Source: a bacterium
GTDB taxonomy: Bacteria > UBA8248 > JACPRG01 > G963555815
Assembly: GCA_965218795.1 (NCBI GenBank)
Contig: OZ244653.1
Location: 4,832,001 to 4,896,000, forward strand
Length of the DNA stretch: 64,000 nucleotides
Direction of reading: 5' to 3'
Positions 40,758 to 50,493 of this stretch are shown piece by piece. The notes beneath the pieces are model-generated. The model saw only the letters and a list, made by a program, of their open reading frames with translations. It was not told where the DNA came from and did not search any database. The translations under genes and the position numbers were made by a program. The number at the start of each line of letters is the position of its first letter. The first letter of the stretch is position 1.

Positions 40758-42815
40758 CTACCGATCCACCTGAATCGCAAGGTTCCCGTAATCATCCACA
40801 GTGCAACGGGTACCGGGCGGCATGACGGTCGTCGTGTCGGGTTGTTCGATGATGGCGGGTCCGTCTACCGCGGCGCCGACGCCAAGCCTCTGCCGTTCGT
40901 AGATACCAGCATCCACGAATCCAGCGTCCCGGAACCACACCTTCCGGGAGGGTTTCCGCGCTTCATCGAGTGAACCCTTCCGGTCGATCCTGGGGAGGTC
41001 GGGTTTTTGAATCAGCCCCAGCGCGACGATGCGCAGGTTGACGATTTCCACAGGCGCGTAACCGGTCGGCAGCGTATAGCCGTACGCTTCTTTCATCGTG
41101 GCCTGAAAATCCTGGGTGATCCGATCGAGGCCCTCGACTCGTCCGGGAGGGATCTCGACAGTGAAAAAGCTGCTCTGGCTGAAGAATTTCACGTCGAAGT
41201 AGCGCTGGATGACCACCACCTCCTTCCCGATCCCCTCTCCCGTCAACATATCAAAGGCCCGCTGAGCGAGGCCGTCCAGTTCACCGTTCAATTCTTCGAA
41301 GTCGATCTCCTCTTCCATCTTATGGACCGCCGCGGTGAACTCATGCTTCACATCGACGCGAATGGCTCCCCAGGCGGATGCGTAACCCGGCAGGGGGGGG
41401 ATGATCACGGAAGTCGAGCCGATCTCTTTGGCAAGGTCGCAGGCGTACATCGCCCCGCCGCCTCCGTAAGGCACGATGGCGAAGTCCCGCGGATCCCAAC
41501 CGCGCGAGACGGTTTGAATCCGCATGGCCATCATCAGGTTGGTCATCGCCACCATATACATGTTGGCGGCGGCCTCCTCGGCGCTCCATCCGTAGTGTTT
41601 TCCGACCTTTTCCTTCAGTGCGTTGTAGGAGAGGCGTCCGTCCACCTTCATCTCGCCCCCCAGGAAGTAGTCGGGATCGATCCGGCCCAGGACAATTTGG
41701 CAGTCGGTGTTCGTGGCTTCCTCACCGCCCATGTTATAGCAGGCCGGACCGGGCACCGCCCCCATGCTTTGCGGCCCGACGTTCAGGATCTGCCCCTTGT
41801 CCACCCAGCCGATGCTCCCGCCCCCGGCGCCGATGTACACAGTGTCCACCGAAGGCAGGCAGCAGGGCACATTCCAAAGAATCTTCCATTCATGGGTGAT
41901 CGCGGGAGATCCCTTGTAGATCATCGACACATTATTGGTCGTGCCGCCGGTCTCGAACGCAATCACGTTTTCGAATCCCGCGAGGGATCCGATGTATCCC
42001 GCCATTCCGACGGCTCCGGACACGGGGGAGGAATGGAATGTCCGAGCCGGGAGCTTGAGGGCCTCCGCAACGCTGGTCACCCCTCCACCGCTGGTCGTGA
42101 CCAGGATGGGTCCTTCATAGGCCCAATCCTCCTTCAAACGCACGGCGAGACCGCGAAGGTAGTTTTTCAGAATGGGAGAGACGTAGGCGTTGAGAACGGT
42201 GGTGCACGTCCGCTCGAACTCGAGCATTTGAGGCAGCACTTCGAAGGAGATCGTAAGGTCCACGTCCGGAAGCTCTTCTTGAAGGATCTCACGCGTTCGC
42301 TGTTCGTGGCTGGGGTTCATGAATGAGTCGATATAGACGATCGCCACCGATTCGATGCCGCGCTTCTTGCACTTTCTCGCCGCCACGCGGACATCCTCTT
42401 CGTTCAGTGGGACGACCACTTCGCCGTACGGGCTGACCCGTTCCCGGACCGTGAGCACGTTACGCCGGGGGACGATCAGCTCAGGCGGGTCCCAGTCCAG
42501 CTCGAATGCAGAAATCCTCTCCGCCCTTCCTCCGCCCAGCACGTCCCGAAACCCGTCCGTGGTGATGAGGGCGGTCTTCACGCCCTTTCGCTCCAGGATG
42601 GCATTCGTTGAAACGGTTGCGCCATGCCGAAAGGAAATCGTCTCTTCACCCGACAGATTGGCCTTTCTGAGCCCATTGATGACGCCATCGAAGAATGTCG
42701 GCGGGGTCGACGGGACCTTCCCGAGTCGCTGCTCTCCGGTTTCGGTGTTGACTCCGATGACATCGGTAAAAGTCCCCCCGATATCGGTGCCGACGATCCA
42801 TTTTCCATTGACCAC
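40758..42815 (-). CDS. Hydantoinase A/oxoprolinase-family ATP-binding subunit
   Basis: DIGGTFTD, IGAGGGSI, GAVPGPACY. Confidence 0.94.
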   Translation of the reverse strand: MVNGKWIVGTDIGGTFTDVIGVNTETGEQRLGKVPSTPPTFFDGVINGLRKANLSGEETISFRHGATVSTNAILERKGVKTALITTDGFRDVLGGGRAERISAFELDWDPPELIVPRRNVLTVRERVSPYGEVVVPLNEEDVRVAARKCKKRGIESVAIVYIDSFMNPSHEQRTREILQEELPDVDLTISFEVLPQMLEFERTCTTVLNAYVSPILKNYLRGLAVRLKEDWAYEGPILVTTSGGGVTSVAEALKLPARTFHSSPVSGAVGMAGYIGSLAGFENVIAFETGGTTNNVSMIYKGSPAITHEWKILWNVPCCLPSVDTVYIGAGGGSIGWVDKGQILNVGPQSMGAVPGPACYNMGGEEATNTDCQIVLGRIDPDYFLGGEMKVDGRLSYNALKEKVGKHYGWSAEEAAANMYMVAMTNLMMAMRIQTVSRGWDPRDFAIVPYGGGGAMYACDLAKEIGSTSVIIPPLPGYASAWGAIRVDVKHEFTAAVHKMEEEIDFEELNGELDGLAQRAFDMLTGEGIGKEVVVIQRYFDVKFFSQSSFFTVEIPPGRVEGLDRITQDFQATMKEAYGYTLPTGYAPVEIVNLRIVALGLIQKPDLPRIDRKGSLDEARKPSRKVWFRDAGFVDAGIYERQRLGVGAAVDGPAIIEQPDTTTVMPPGTRCTVDDYGNLAIQVDR

Positions 42816-43054
42816 TGGACTGGCTTCCTTTTCCCTTTCAGCCCCCGACCGAATCTCGAGTTCAAACGATGGAGGAGCGATTCATCCACGCATGGGGCGC
42901 GCTTCGTACCCCAGCCGGCAACTCAACCCCGGAGCGCAATCCCCGGGTCTTCCCGCTCGCAAAGGGCTTCATGAACGCCTCCGATCACAGCCATCGAAAA
43001 AGGATTGAATCAGGCCGGAACGGATGGAGCGATCCTCTCCGCCGCCTCCCGGCC

Positions 43055-43336
43055 TCAGCCCTCGGCGCTGCTTTTTTCCTTTTGGGCGGCATGTATTTCA
43101 TGGCGCGTGGCTCTCTCGGCCATGATGTGCTTGATGTAAACCTTCTGCTTGGGCCGTTTCCCCTTCAAGTAACGGTTCATGACGTCGCCCCCGAGACGGC
43201 CCCAGGCGGCCGGGTTCAAAACGACGGTCAGGTCGATATCTCCCTTCGCCGTCGCAACCAGCGCGAGAGGGGCACCGTTCATCCCGGTGATGATGCTTTC
43301 CCGGTTTTTTGCCGTCGCGGCGACCGCCTGGGTCAC
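43055..43336 (-). pseudogene. C-terminal fragment of a sugar-type ABC substrate-binding protein
   Basis: ITGMNGAPLAL...GDIDLTVVLNPAAWG..KVYIKH; no N-terminal part. Confidence 0.55.
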
Positions 43337-43459
43337 TTCCCGGATTCAGCGATTGGCTCTTGTGTTCTTCTTCCTCATCGCATAAAAAAGAATACTATTC
43401 TTTTTTTGATCGGTAGGTCAACATGTAAATCCCGGCTTGTTTGACGAAAATATAACGAA

Positions 43460-44056
43460 ATGCCACAGGTCAAAAAGGCTGCGGTACGAGACGCGATCAT
43501 GAACAGCGCTTGTGAATTGTTCATGGAGCGGGGCTATGCGAACACAACCCTCGCCGACATCGGAGACGCGGCAGGGGTGACCATTTCCAACATCTACAAT
43601 TACTTCGAATCAAAGCTCGATATTCTGTTCGCCGTCTACGCCCCCTGGCTGGACGAACGCCTGGACCGCCTTGTCGCCGAAGTAGAAGCCATCCATGAAC
43701 CTCGCGACAGGCTGCGCAAGGTATTCCTGACCCTGTTGCGTGATATCCCCGCGGAGAACGGGGGGTTCACCAACAACCTCCTGCAAGCGCTCTCCACCCG
43801 CAAGGAGGATGAGGTCTATTCGAGAGACCTGTTGCTCCGGTCCGAAGCCAAGGTCTCCTCCATCTTTCTCGAGATCCTTCCTCAACCCACTCGCCGGTTT
43901 GCCGATGGCAACCTGCTCTCCCATTTGCTCTTCATGGCCTTTGACGGGTTCGCCATCAACTATAAGCTGAATGGTGGATCCCAACAGGCGGAAGCCATAT
44001 CCGATATGCTGTCGGATCTCATCCTCAGCTCTCCCCCAGACGTAGACACTCGCTGA
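43460..44056 (+). CDS. TetR-family regulator
   Basis: N-terminal HTH LFMERGYANTTLADIGDAAGVTISNIYNYFESK. Confidence 0.93.
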   Translation: MPQVKKAAVRDAIMNSACELFMERGYANTTLADIGDAAGVTISNIYNYFESKLDILFAVYAPWLDERLDRLVAEVEAIHEPRDRLRKVFLTLLRDIPAENGGFTNNLLQALSTRKEDEVYSRDLLLRSEAKVSSIFLEILPQPTRRFADGNLLSHLLFMAFDGFAINYKLNGGSQQAEAISDMLSDLILSSPPDVDTR

Positions 44057-44084
44057 ATTTCCCTGAATCACCCGGTTTCGGGGA

Positions 44085-44290
44085 CGGTTCGGCCCGCCAC
44101 CCGCCTCGTTCAACAAAGTCGCGATGTTTTGGAAGACTTGACGGGCTTGGCCTGCAAAATTTTCGGATTCGAACTCCTCTTTTTCGTTCCAGCCCACCAT
44201 GCCGGCGAGGAAGATCATTTTGCCTTTTGCCGTCATTCCGTTGCTGTACCCTCTGGGGCGAGGCCAATCCGGGGGCTGAAGTATCTCCAC
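44085..44290 (-). pseudogene. Truncated RidA/YjgF-family gene
   Basis: LQPPDWPRPRGYSNG, FLAGMVGWN, QARQVFQNI; C-terminal half missing. Confidence 0.8.
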
Positions 44291-44384
44291 GATTAACTCT
44301 TTGTGCTTGATTTGTTGAGGTCGCGTTTCATTTCGATACTGCGCCACATGATGGGTCGTGCTCTGCGCAAAACTTCCTGTCGCC

Positions 44385-44452
44385 CGAAAATTATATTTCA
44401 TAAATAAATATTATAAAAATAAAAATTTTAAGATTATAATAAATTTGGGATA
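44385..44452. promoter_or_regulatory. Very AT-rich divergent promoter/operator region (probable MarR target)
   Basis: TAAATAAATATTATAAAAATAAAAATTTTAAGATTATAATAAATTT between ridA' and SDR-marR in an otherwise GC-rich window. Confidence 0.55.
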
Positions 44453-44475
44453 TTCGACGAGGGAAGCGAAGCCAA

Positions 44476-45285
44476 ATGTCCAAATCGGAATCCAACGCTG
44501 AAGGATCAAAGCCTCTGGATGATTGCCATGCTCTGATCACTGGAGGGTCCCGGGGGATCGGTGCGGCTTGTGCCGAGGCGATTGCCGGGGCAGGCGGATC
44601 GGTCACTCTCGTAGGGCGGACGGAGAAGACCTTGCAGATCCGATGCAATGAGCTGAGGGCGGGCTACGGGGTCAAGACCTCATCCGTTGTCTGTGATGTC
44701 ACCGATATGGAAAAGATTCCAGATGCCGTTGAGCGCGCCCGGGCAGACCTTGGACCGATCAGCATCCTCGTGAACAACGCGGGTGGAGTTCAAAGCGCTC
44801 CGTTTTCCCGGACCACGAGCGAGAATTGGGAAGAAACCCTCGCCCTGAATTTGACGAGCACGTTCGCTTTCACCCGGTCCGTGCTGCCCGACATGCTTGC
44901 GCAGGATTTCGGGCGGGTCGTGAACATTGCGTCGACGGCCGGCCTCAGGGGGTATGCCTACGTCACCGCTTATTGCGCGGCCAAGCACGGGGTGATCGGC
45001 ATGACGCGGGCCCTCGCAAGGGAGCTGGCCCGGACAAGGGTTACGGTCAACGCGGTCTGCCCCGGTTTTACCGACACCGATTTGATCGGGCAGACCGTGG
45101 ACACAATCACGTCAGCGACCGGCCGGAGCCGGGAGGAGGCCCTCGGGGCATTGAAAGCCATGAATCCTCAGGGGCGCCTCATCCGGCCAGGGGAAGTGGG
45201 AGATGTCGTCGCCTGGTTGTGCCATCCGAACTCCGGGTCCATGACGGGCTTGTCCGTTCCCGTGGATGGAGGCGAATTATCGTAA
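44476..45285 (+). CDS. Short-chain dehydrogenase/reductase
   Basis: TGGSRGIG, NNAG, YCAAK. Confidence 0.94.
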   Translation: MSKSESNAEGSKPLDDCHALITGGSRGIGAACAEAIAGAGGSVTLVGRTEKTLQIRCNELRAGYGVKTSSVVCDVTDMEKIPDAVERARADLGPISILVNNAGGVQSAPFSRTTSENWEETLALNLTSTFAFTRSVLPDMLAQDFGRVVNIASTAGLRGYAYVTAYCAAKHGVIGMTRALARELARTRVTVNAVCPGFTDTDLIGQTVDTITSATGRSREEALGALKAMNPQGRLIRPGEVGDVVAWLCHPNSGSMTGLSVPVDGGELS

Positions 45286-45812
45286 TGGCCGAAATGGCGG
45301 ACAGTCTGACCGACACCCTGGATCTTGAATCCTCCGTAACGAAGGACGACCATCTGCAGTTGCGCGTCTGGCTTCGTCTCTTGACCTGCGCGACTCTGAT
45401 CGAACGGGAAATACGCAAAGGGTTGCGGGAGGATTTCACCACAACGCTTCCCCGGTACGATGCCCTCGCCCAACTGGAGCGCAGCCCCAACGGACTGACG
45501 ATGGGGCAGTTGTCCCGGCGGATGATGGTCAGCAACGGAAATGTGACCGGGGTGGTTGACGGACTCGTGAGCGAGGGCCTCGCCGAACGGCTGGCTGTGC
45601 CGGGCGATCGTCGGGCCAGCTACGTCCGGATGACGCGCAAGGGGAACCAGGAATTCAACCGGATCACGCCCATCCACCATTCCTGGATTCGCGATATGCT
45701 GGAGGAGATGGGCCGGTCGGAGCTGACTCTTCTGTTCAACGCGCTCGGCGATCTCAAGTCATCCATATTGACCCATCTGGAGCAGGAGAAAGGGAATCCG
45801 GAGGCGACGTAG
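45285..45812 (+). CDS. MarR-family regulator
   Basis: LRVWLRLL, TTLPRYDALAQLER, MVSNGNVTG, DRRA. Confidence 0.92.
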   Translation: MAEMADSLTDTLDLESSVTKDDHLQLRVWLRLLTCATLIEREIRKGLREDFTTTLPRYDALAQLERSPNGLTMGQLSRRMMVSNGNVTGVVDGLVSEGLAERLAVPGDRRASYVRMTRKGNQEFNRITPIHHSWIRDMLEEMGRSELTLLFNALGDLKSSILTHLEQEKGNPEAT

Positions 45813-46199
45813 ATGAAAAAGCTGAAAGGCGCTGAGTTCAAGCCCGGGTACTTCCGGTGGGAGGTCCGAGACCGTGTTGCCACGATCAGGACGGGTGGAA
45901 CATCACGGGAGACGTATGCACCCGGGCCCGGAGTCGAAAGCGCCTTGCTCGAGCATCACAAGGTCAAGGAATGCGCGGTCGTCGCCGCCCCGGATCCCGT
46001 TCGCGGACACATCGTCAAGGCCTTTGTCGTGTTGGAAAATCCGGGAGAGAGGACGCCCGAAACCGTCGAAGAGCTCCAAACCTTCGTCAAGAGCCGAATC
46101 GCGCCTTACGAATATCCACGGGGGGTTGAATTCCTCGATAGTCTCCCAAAAACGCAGAGCGGCAAGTTGCAGCGATTCAAGCTGCGGGAGCCCTCATGA
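45813..46199 (+). pseudogene. Deletion chimera of an enoyl-CoA hydratase N-terminus and aryl-CoA ligase C-terminal fragments
   Basis: FRWEVRDRVATI, out-of-frame DGWNITGD, then VESALLEH..GHIVKAFVVL..LPKTQSGKLQRFKLR. Confidence 0.78.
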
Positions 46200-46226
46200 G
46201 TCGGAGGGGGGGAGTGGTCGCAGGCG

Positions 46227-46395
46227 ATGAAGATTGCGTGTATCGCCGCCGGCCGCGCCGACACCTGCGTGATTGCCCGGATGCATCTTGTTCGATCCCT
46301 ATTGGACACGCCACGCGGCCAACGGGTTCGGCTACCCCCTCCCCATGCCCAACCAGTACAAAGCCGTCGAGGTCTGCACGCCGAGATGGATGTAA
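46227..46395 (+). pseudogene. Collapsed AbmA/salicylyl-CoA 5-hydroxylase-like gene (termini only)
   Basis: MKIACI joined to AAGRADTCVIARMHL, then frameshifted FDPYWTRHAA..PNQY; not in the ORF track. Confidence 0.65.
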
Positions 46396-46439
46396 TCTGA
46401 CCCGGTTCCCTGGACCAGGAACACAGCCCGAGAGAGAAC

Positions 46440-47981
46440 CTACTTGGGCAGGTCCCAGCTTTCCTCCATCGGGTATGTCAGCCGGTCGAGTTTTCGGGGA
46501 AGATAACGGCCGTGGCCGTGCTCGCCGGAGACCTGGTCCCCTTCGAATATGACCTTTCCCCTGCAGATCGTCATCGAGGGCCACCCCTTGATCTGTCGCC
46601 CTTCGTAAATCGTAAAGTCGGCATAGGACCGCATCCTATCCGCCGTAAAGGTCATTTCCTTATCCATGTCCAGGATCACCAGATCGGCGTCCGCGCCCGC
46701 CCGCAAGGATCCCTTTTTCGGGAACAGGCCGAATGTCTTGGCTGGGTTCTCGCAGCAAATCTCCACAACGCGCTCCAGGGAGAGCCGGCCTTTGTGGACG
46801 CCTTCACTCAGCATGAGAGGAAGCAGGGTCTGCATCCCCACGAAGCCCGAGCCGGTCGACCATACGTCATCCCGCGGATCCGTGGTCCGGTCCCCGGTAT
46901 CCCCGCGGACAAATTTTTCATGGATGCTCGTGACCACGTGGTCCGTCCCCATGCAGGCGACCCGTCCGTCCTGGACCCCTTCCCAGAGCGCCGCATTGTG
47001 GGATTCGTCGCGAATGGGGGGGTTGACCTTGAGCGCCCGGGCGTTGGGCTGGCCGCCGATCTTCGGTTCATCGTTCTTGGTCATGATGAGATACTGAGGA
47101 CAGGTCTCCACGATGATTTGACAGCCCTTTTTTCTCATCTCGTCACAGGCCTCAAGGCCGTCCGCAGTGGACAGGTGGAGGATATAAAAACGGCACCCCG
47201 CCTTCATGGAGAAGAGACCGTAACGGTAGATATGCTCGGCCTCGCACCATGGCGGACAGCGGTCCGTCCACGCGGGACCGTCCGTCCGGCCCTCCTTCCG
47301 CAGCCGGTTCATCACGGCGGTCGCGACTTCGGTGTTCTCATTGTGAATCAGGGCCAGCCCGGCCGGTCCGAGCTTTCCGATGTGCTCGAACCCGGTCCAG
47401 AACAATCCGTCGTCGTAATCCCCCGGCATCCCCATCCGATATTTCCATTTGGGCGCAACGTTCGCCGTCTTCGGCTCCCGCAGATTCGCGTAGAATTTCC
47501 ACGAAGGAATCCCGTACTGATGCGCCGCATTCGGGATATCGTCGCATTGCTCATCGGTGCTGATGTATGGAGTGTAGAAGAAGTCGATGATGGAGGACTC
47601 CTCCCCGATGTCCCTGGCCACGGGAAGGCGTTCCGTCCACGGACGGGCGTCCTCTTCGGTGACGAATTCCTTGTATTCCCGGTCCGCCCTTCCCGCGCCG
47701 TGCATGACTCCCATGGTCGTCACGCCGCCGACGGCGGCCCCGGGAGTCTCGGTGGTGAAATCCTGCTCCAGAAGATATTTTCCGCCGATATGGGTGTGAG
47801 GGTCGACGACGCCCGGGATGACGTAGCTTCCCTCGGCGTCGATGACCCGCTCGGCGGGAGGAAGATCCGAACCCGTGGTGATGCTCGAGATGCGATCGCC
47901 CTCGATGACGATACTCGCCATTTGGCTGCCGGCGGGTGAGACAATCCGCGCGTTGCGCACGATCAGATCAGCTCCTGCCAT
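46440..47981 (-). CDS. Cyclic amidohydrolase (dihydropyrimidinase/allantoinase-like)
   Basis: DPHTH, IHNEN, LHLST, KVNPPIR, GTDH, GADADLV. Confidence 0.9.
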   Translation of the reverse strand: MAGADLIVRNARIVSPAGSQMASIVIEGDRISSITTGSDLPPAERVIDAEGSYVIPGVVDPHTHIGGKYLLEQDFTTETPGAAVGGVTTMGVMHGAGRADREYKEFVTEEDARPWTERLPVARDIGEESSIIDFFYTPYISTDEQCDDIPNAAHQYGIPSWKFYANLREPKTANVAPKWKYRMGMPGDYDDGLFWTGFEHIGKLGPAGLALIHNENTEVATAVMNRLRKEGRTDGPAWTDRCPPWCEAEHIYRYGLFSMKAGCRFYILHLSTADGLEACDEMRKKGCQIIVETCPQYLIMTKNDEPKIGGQPNARALKVNPPIRDESHNAALWEGVQDGRVACMGTDHVVTSIHEKFVRGDTGDRTTDPRDDVWSTGSGFVGMQTLLPLMLSEGVHKGRLSLERVVEICCENPAKTFGLFPKKGSLRAGADADLVILDMDKEMTFTADRMRSYADFTIYEGRQIKGWPSMTICRGKVIFEGDQVSGEHGHGRYLPRKLDRLTYPMEESWDLPK

Positions 47982-48076
47982 TGTTCTTTCTCCCAGGAAT
48001 CTCGGGGTTCAGGTGAGTCCAGCGAATGTTTGCACTGCGTGCAATCCACGCTGACGGCCTGCTGATGGGTAATAAT

Positions 48077-49438
48077 TCATTTTTCCGTGAATGTCGAAAG
48101 GTCCGGAACGTTCTCCACTCCGGGAACATAGGTTACATCCGCAAACGACTGACCGAAAGGCCGCGTCGCATCCATTCCCATCACGGCCGAGTAACCCGGC
48201 AAAGGGGTCGAAGGATCCTCCGGGGCTGCCCCCACGGCGGGAACGATGATGACGTCCCGGTCCGGCTGAACCCGGGTCGTGATGGCCCAGTTCATCTGAA
48301 ATTCATCGTAGATATCGATGTCTTCGTCTACGGCCACCGCCATCTTGGGACGCTTCGCGCTTCCCAGCGATGCCAGAATCACGTTTCTCGGTTGCCCCTT
48401 GTACCGTGGGGTCAAAGAAACGTAACAAGTGTACTCGCAGCAGCCGGAGGCCGGAAAGTGAACCGCCTGGACCTCGGGAAACTTCTGCTTCAACTCACCG
48501 TACACGGTCACCTCGTTCGGGAGCTGCTTCAGGAAGTGATTGTCCGACATCGGCATGCCGCTCAGTCCGGCATGGAAGACGGGATTTTCTCGATGCGTAA
48601 TGGCCGTGACCTCGATGACAGGCTTCGGCGCTTTCCCGCAGTAGTACCCGCAGAACTCGGCGAAGGGCCCCTCGTCCTCGCGCACGTGGGGTGAAAGACG
48701 GCCCTCGATGACAATCTCGCTCGTGGCCGGGACTTCCAAATCCACGGTTCGGCAACGAACAACTTCCACGGGCCTGCCCCGCAGCCCGCCGGCCAAAGAA
48801 AGCTCATTCACCCCGTAGGGCGCCTTGATCTGCGTCGCCATGAGAATGGCCGGATCGACCCCGAGGGCTACGGCGATTTCCAGAGGCTCCCCCTTCGCTT
48901 CCGCCTTACGATACATCAGCGAGGCGTCTTGAAAGACCGCCGCCGCGAAGCCCAGACGATGGTTTCCCATGAGCTGGTTGATGTAGATGGCGGCGTTTTT
49001 GCCGCCGGTCTCGGCGTCCTTCGTTATGTGCACCCCCAGGGTAATGTAAGGTCCGCCGTCTTTTTCGTAATACGTCGGGATGGGCAGGCGGCGAAGGTCC
49101 GCGGCCTCACCCTCCAGGACGACTTCCTGACACGGTCCCTGATCGAACAGAACGGGATCGAGGGGGGAGCGAATCCCATCGTAGAATCGGTCGAGCGCCT
49201 CATCATGGGAAAATTCGAGTCCGCGAAGGGTCCGCCGCCTCGTCGCAAAGACGGCTCCGACGACCGGCATGTCATAGCCTTTGACGTTTTCGAACCACAG
49301 GGCCGGTCCCTGTTCGTTCGAAGTCTTTCGCAGATAAGCGGCGATTTCGTGAGAGACGTCAACCGGCTCCGTCACCCGGACGATTTCCCCCTCCTGCTCT
49401 AAAGATTCCAGAAAATCCCTGGGATCATCAAAGGGCAT
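48077..49438 (-). CDS. UbiD-family protein, divergent
   Basis: PALWFENV, EIVIEG, EGPFAEFCGYY, VDEDID, MGMDAT. Confidence 0.92.
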   Translation of the reverse strand: MPFDDPRDFLESLEQEGEIVRVTEPVDVSHEIAAYLRKTSNEQGPALWFENVKGYDMPVVGAVFATRRRTLRGLEFSHDEALDRFYDGIRSPLDPVLFDQGPCQEVVLEGEAADLRRLPIPTYYEKDGGPYITLGVHITKDAETGGKNAAIYINQLMGNHRLGFAAAVFQDASLMYRKAEAKGEPLEIAVALGVDPAILMATQIKAPYGVNELSLAGGLRGRPVEVVRCRTVDLEVPATSEIVIEGRLSPHVREDEGPFAEFCGYYCGKAPKPVIEVTAITHRENPVFHAGLSGMPMSDNHFLKQLPNEVTVYGELKQKFPEVQAVHFPASGCCEYTCYVSLTPRYKGQPRNVILASLGSAKRPKMAVAVDEDIDIYDEFQMNWAITTRVQPDRDVIIVPAVGAAPEDPSTPLPGYSAVMGMDATRPFGQSFADVTYVPGVENVPDLSTFTEK

Positions 49439-49561
49439 CGTTGGTATGCCTTGCTCGATAGAGTCCGGGGTCCCCCTGGCGGGTGACGGTGAGTATCAGC
49501 ATTTCGAGAGAATCAGGGGAGGACGCCGTTCGCGGCGAGGATCTGCATTCGCCGCACCCCG

Positions 49562-50326
49562 CTACTGGCCCTGGGTCTGCAGGCGCTCCAGCGACTCCCC
49601 ATAAGTCGGCTTCTTACCCGCGGTGACATCCAGCCGGCGCAGCCGGTGAAAGGCGGCCAGTACCTCGTTGCTCTCGGCGAATCGTGCGATCTCGACGCAG
49701 TACCGTTCAATCTTGTCGCCCGGCAGAGCCCACAGCCCGACGTCATCGGACAGCGTGTCCAGGTAGGCGCGGGCTCCGCAGCACCCCAGACTCAGGGCGG
49801 CCCGATTCGCGTTGATGGCTTGGGGGACAACCGCGCAGGCTGGGCGGCCCATGGCGGGGGGAACCCCGTCGTCCACCCGCTGCACGGCCTCGGCGATGAC
49901 GAGTCCCTGCTGGGAATGGGCGAACAACATCACCACGTCGGGCGGAAGCGGCGTCTCTGCGAGGGGCGCGTAGATGACGTGTTTGACGGCGCGTTGAATC
50001 ACCGGCAGTGCTGCGACTTCGCTCTCGCGCACGTAATCCAGCTCTCCCATCACTTGGAGCGCGGTCTTCAGTTCTGTCTCGAGAGTTTCCGAGGGCGCGG
50101 CCAGATGGTGTGTGTGGACCCCAATCGCGCACAACTCGTGATCGGAAGTGGAAGTGGCCAGGGCGCCCCGGGCCCCCTCCTGCCAGAAAACGCAACCGGC
50201 GGGAACGGCTTCCTGAGGTTCACCCACCCCCTCGGGAACGGTTTCCGATATGCAAATGGCAATCGGCGGATGGGCGAGATGCAGCGAATCTTGCAGTGTC
50301 TGTGCGTGCGTGGCGTAGTCGGTCAT
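49562..50326 (-). CDS. DUF169-family protein
   Basis: Cys-rich pattern GCVFW, LCAIG, RPAC, SLGCCGAR. Confidence 0.75.
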   Translation of the reverse strand: MTDYATHAQTLQDSLHLAHPPIAICISETVPEGVGEPQEAVPAGCVFWQEGARGALATSTSDHELCAIGVHTHHLAAPSETLETELKTALQVMGELDYVRESEVAALPVIQRAVKHVIYAPLAETPLPPDVVMLFAHSQQGLVIAEAVQRVDDGVPPAMGRPACAVVPQAINANRAALSLGCCGARAYLDTLSDDVGLWALPGDKIERYCVEIARFAESNEVLAAFHRLRRLDVTAGKKPTYGESLERLQTQGQ

Positions 50327-50493
50327 GAGGGTCCTTTCTTTATGAGTTGTGACAGAGCTTCTGCAACATACCATACTCGCGGCCTGAATCGCTCGGTTTG
50401 CCGCCCTGCTTTCTCACCCGGGGCAAAAACGATATGATTGCTTTTCGTGTGAATCCATCTTGCATTGCATTGACCGTTTCGGAGTCGAATCGA

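Noticed and set aside
43610-44401. 263-aa minus-strand ORF
   Set aside because: It is a truncated ridA reading on into the antisense strand of tetR
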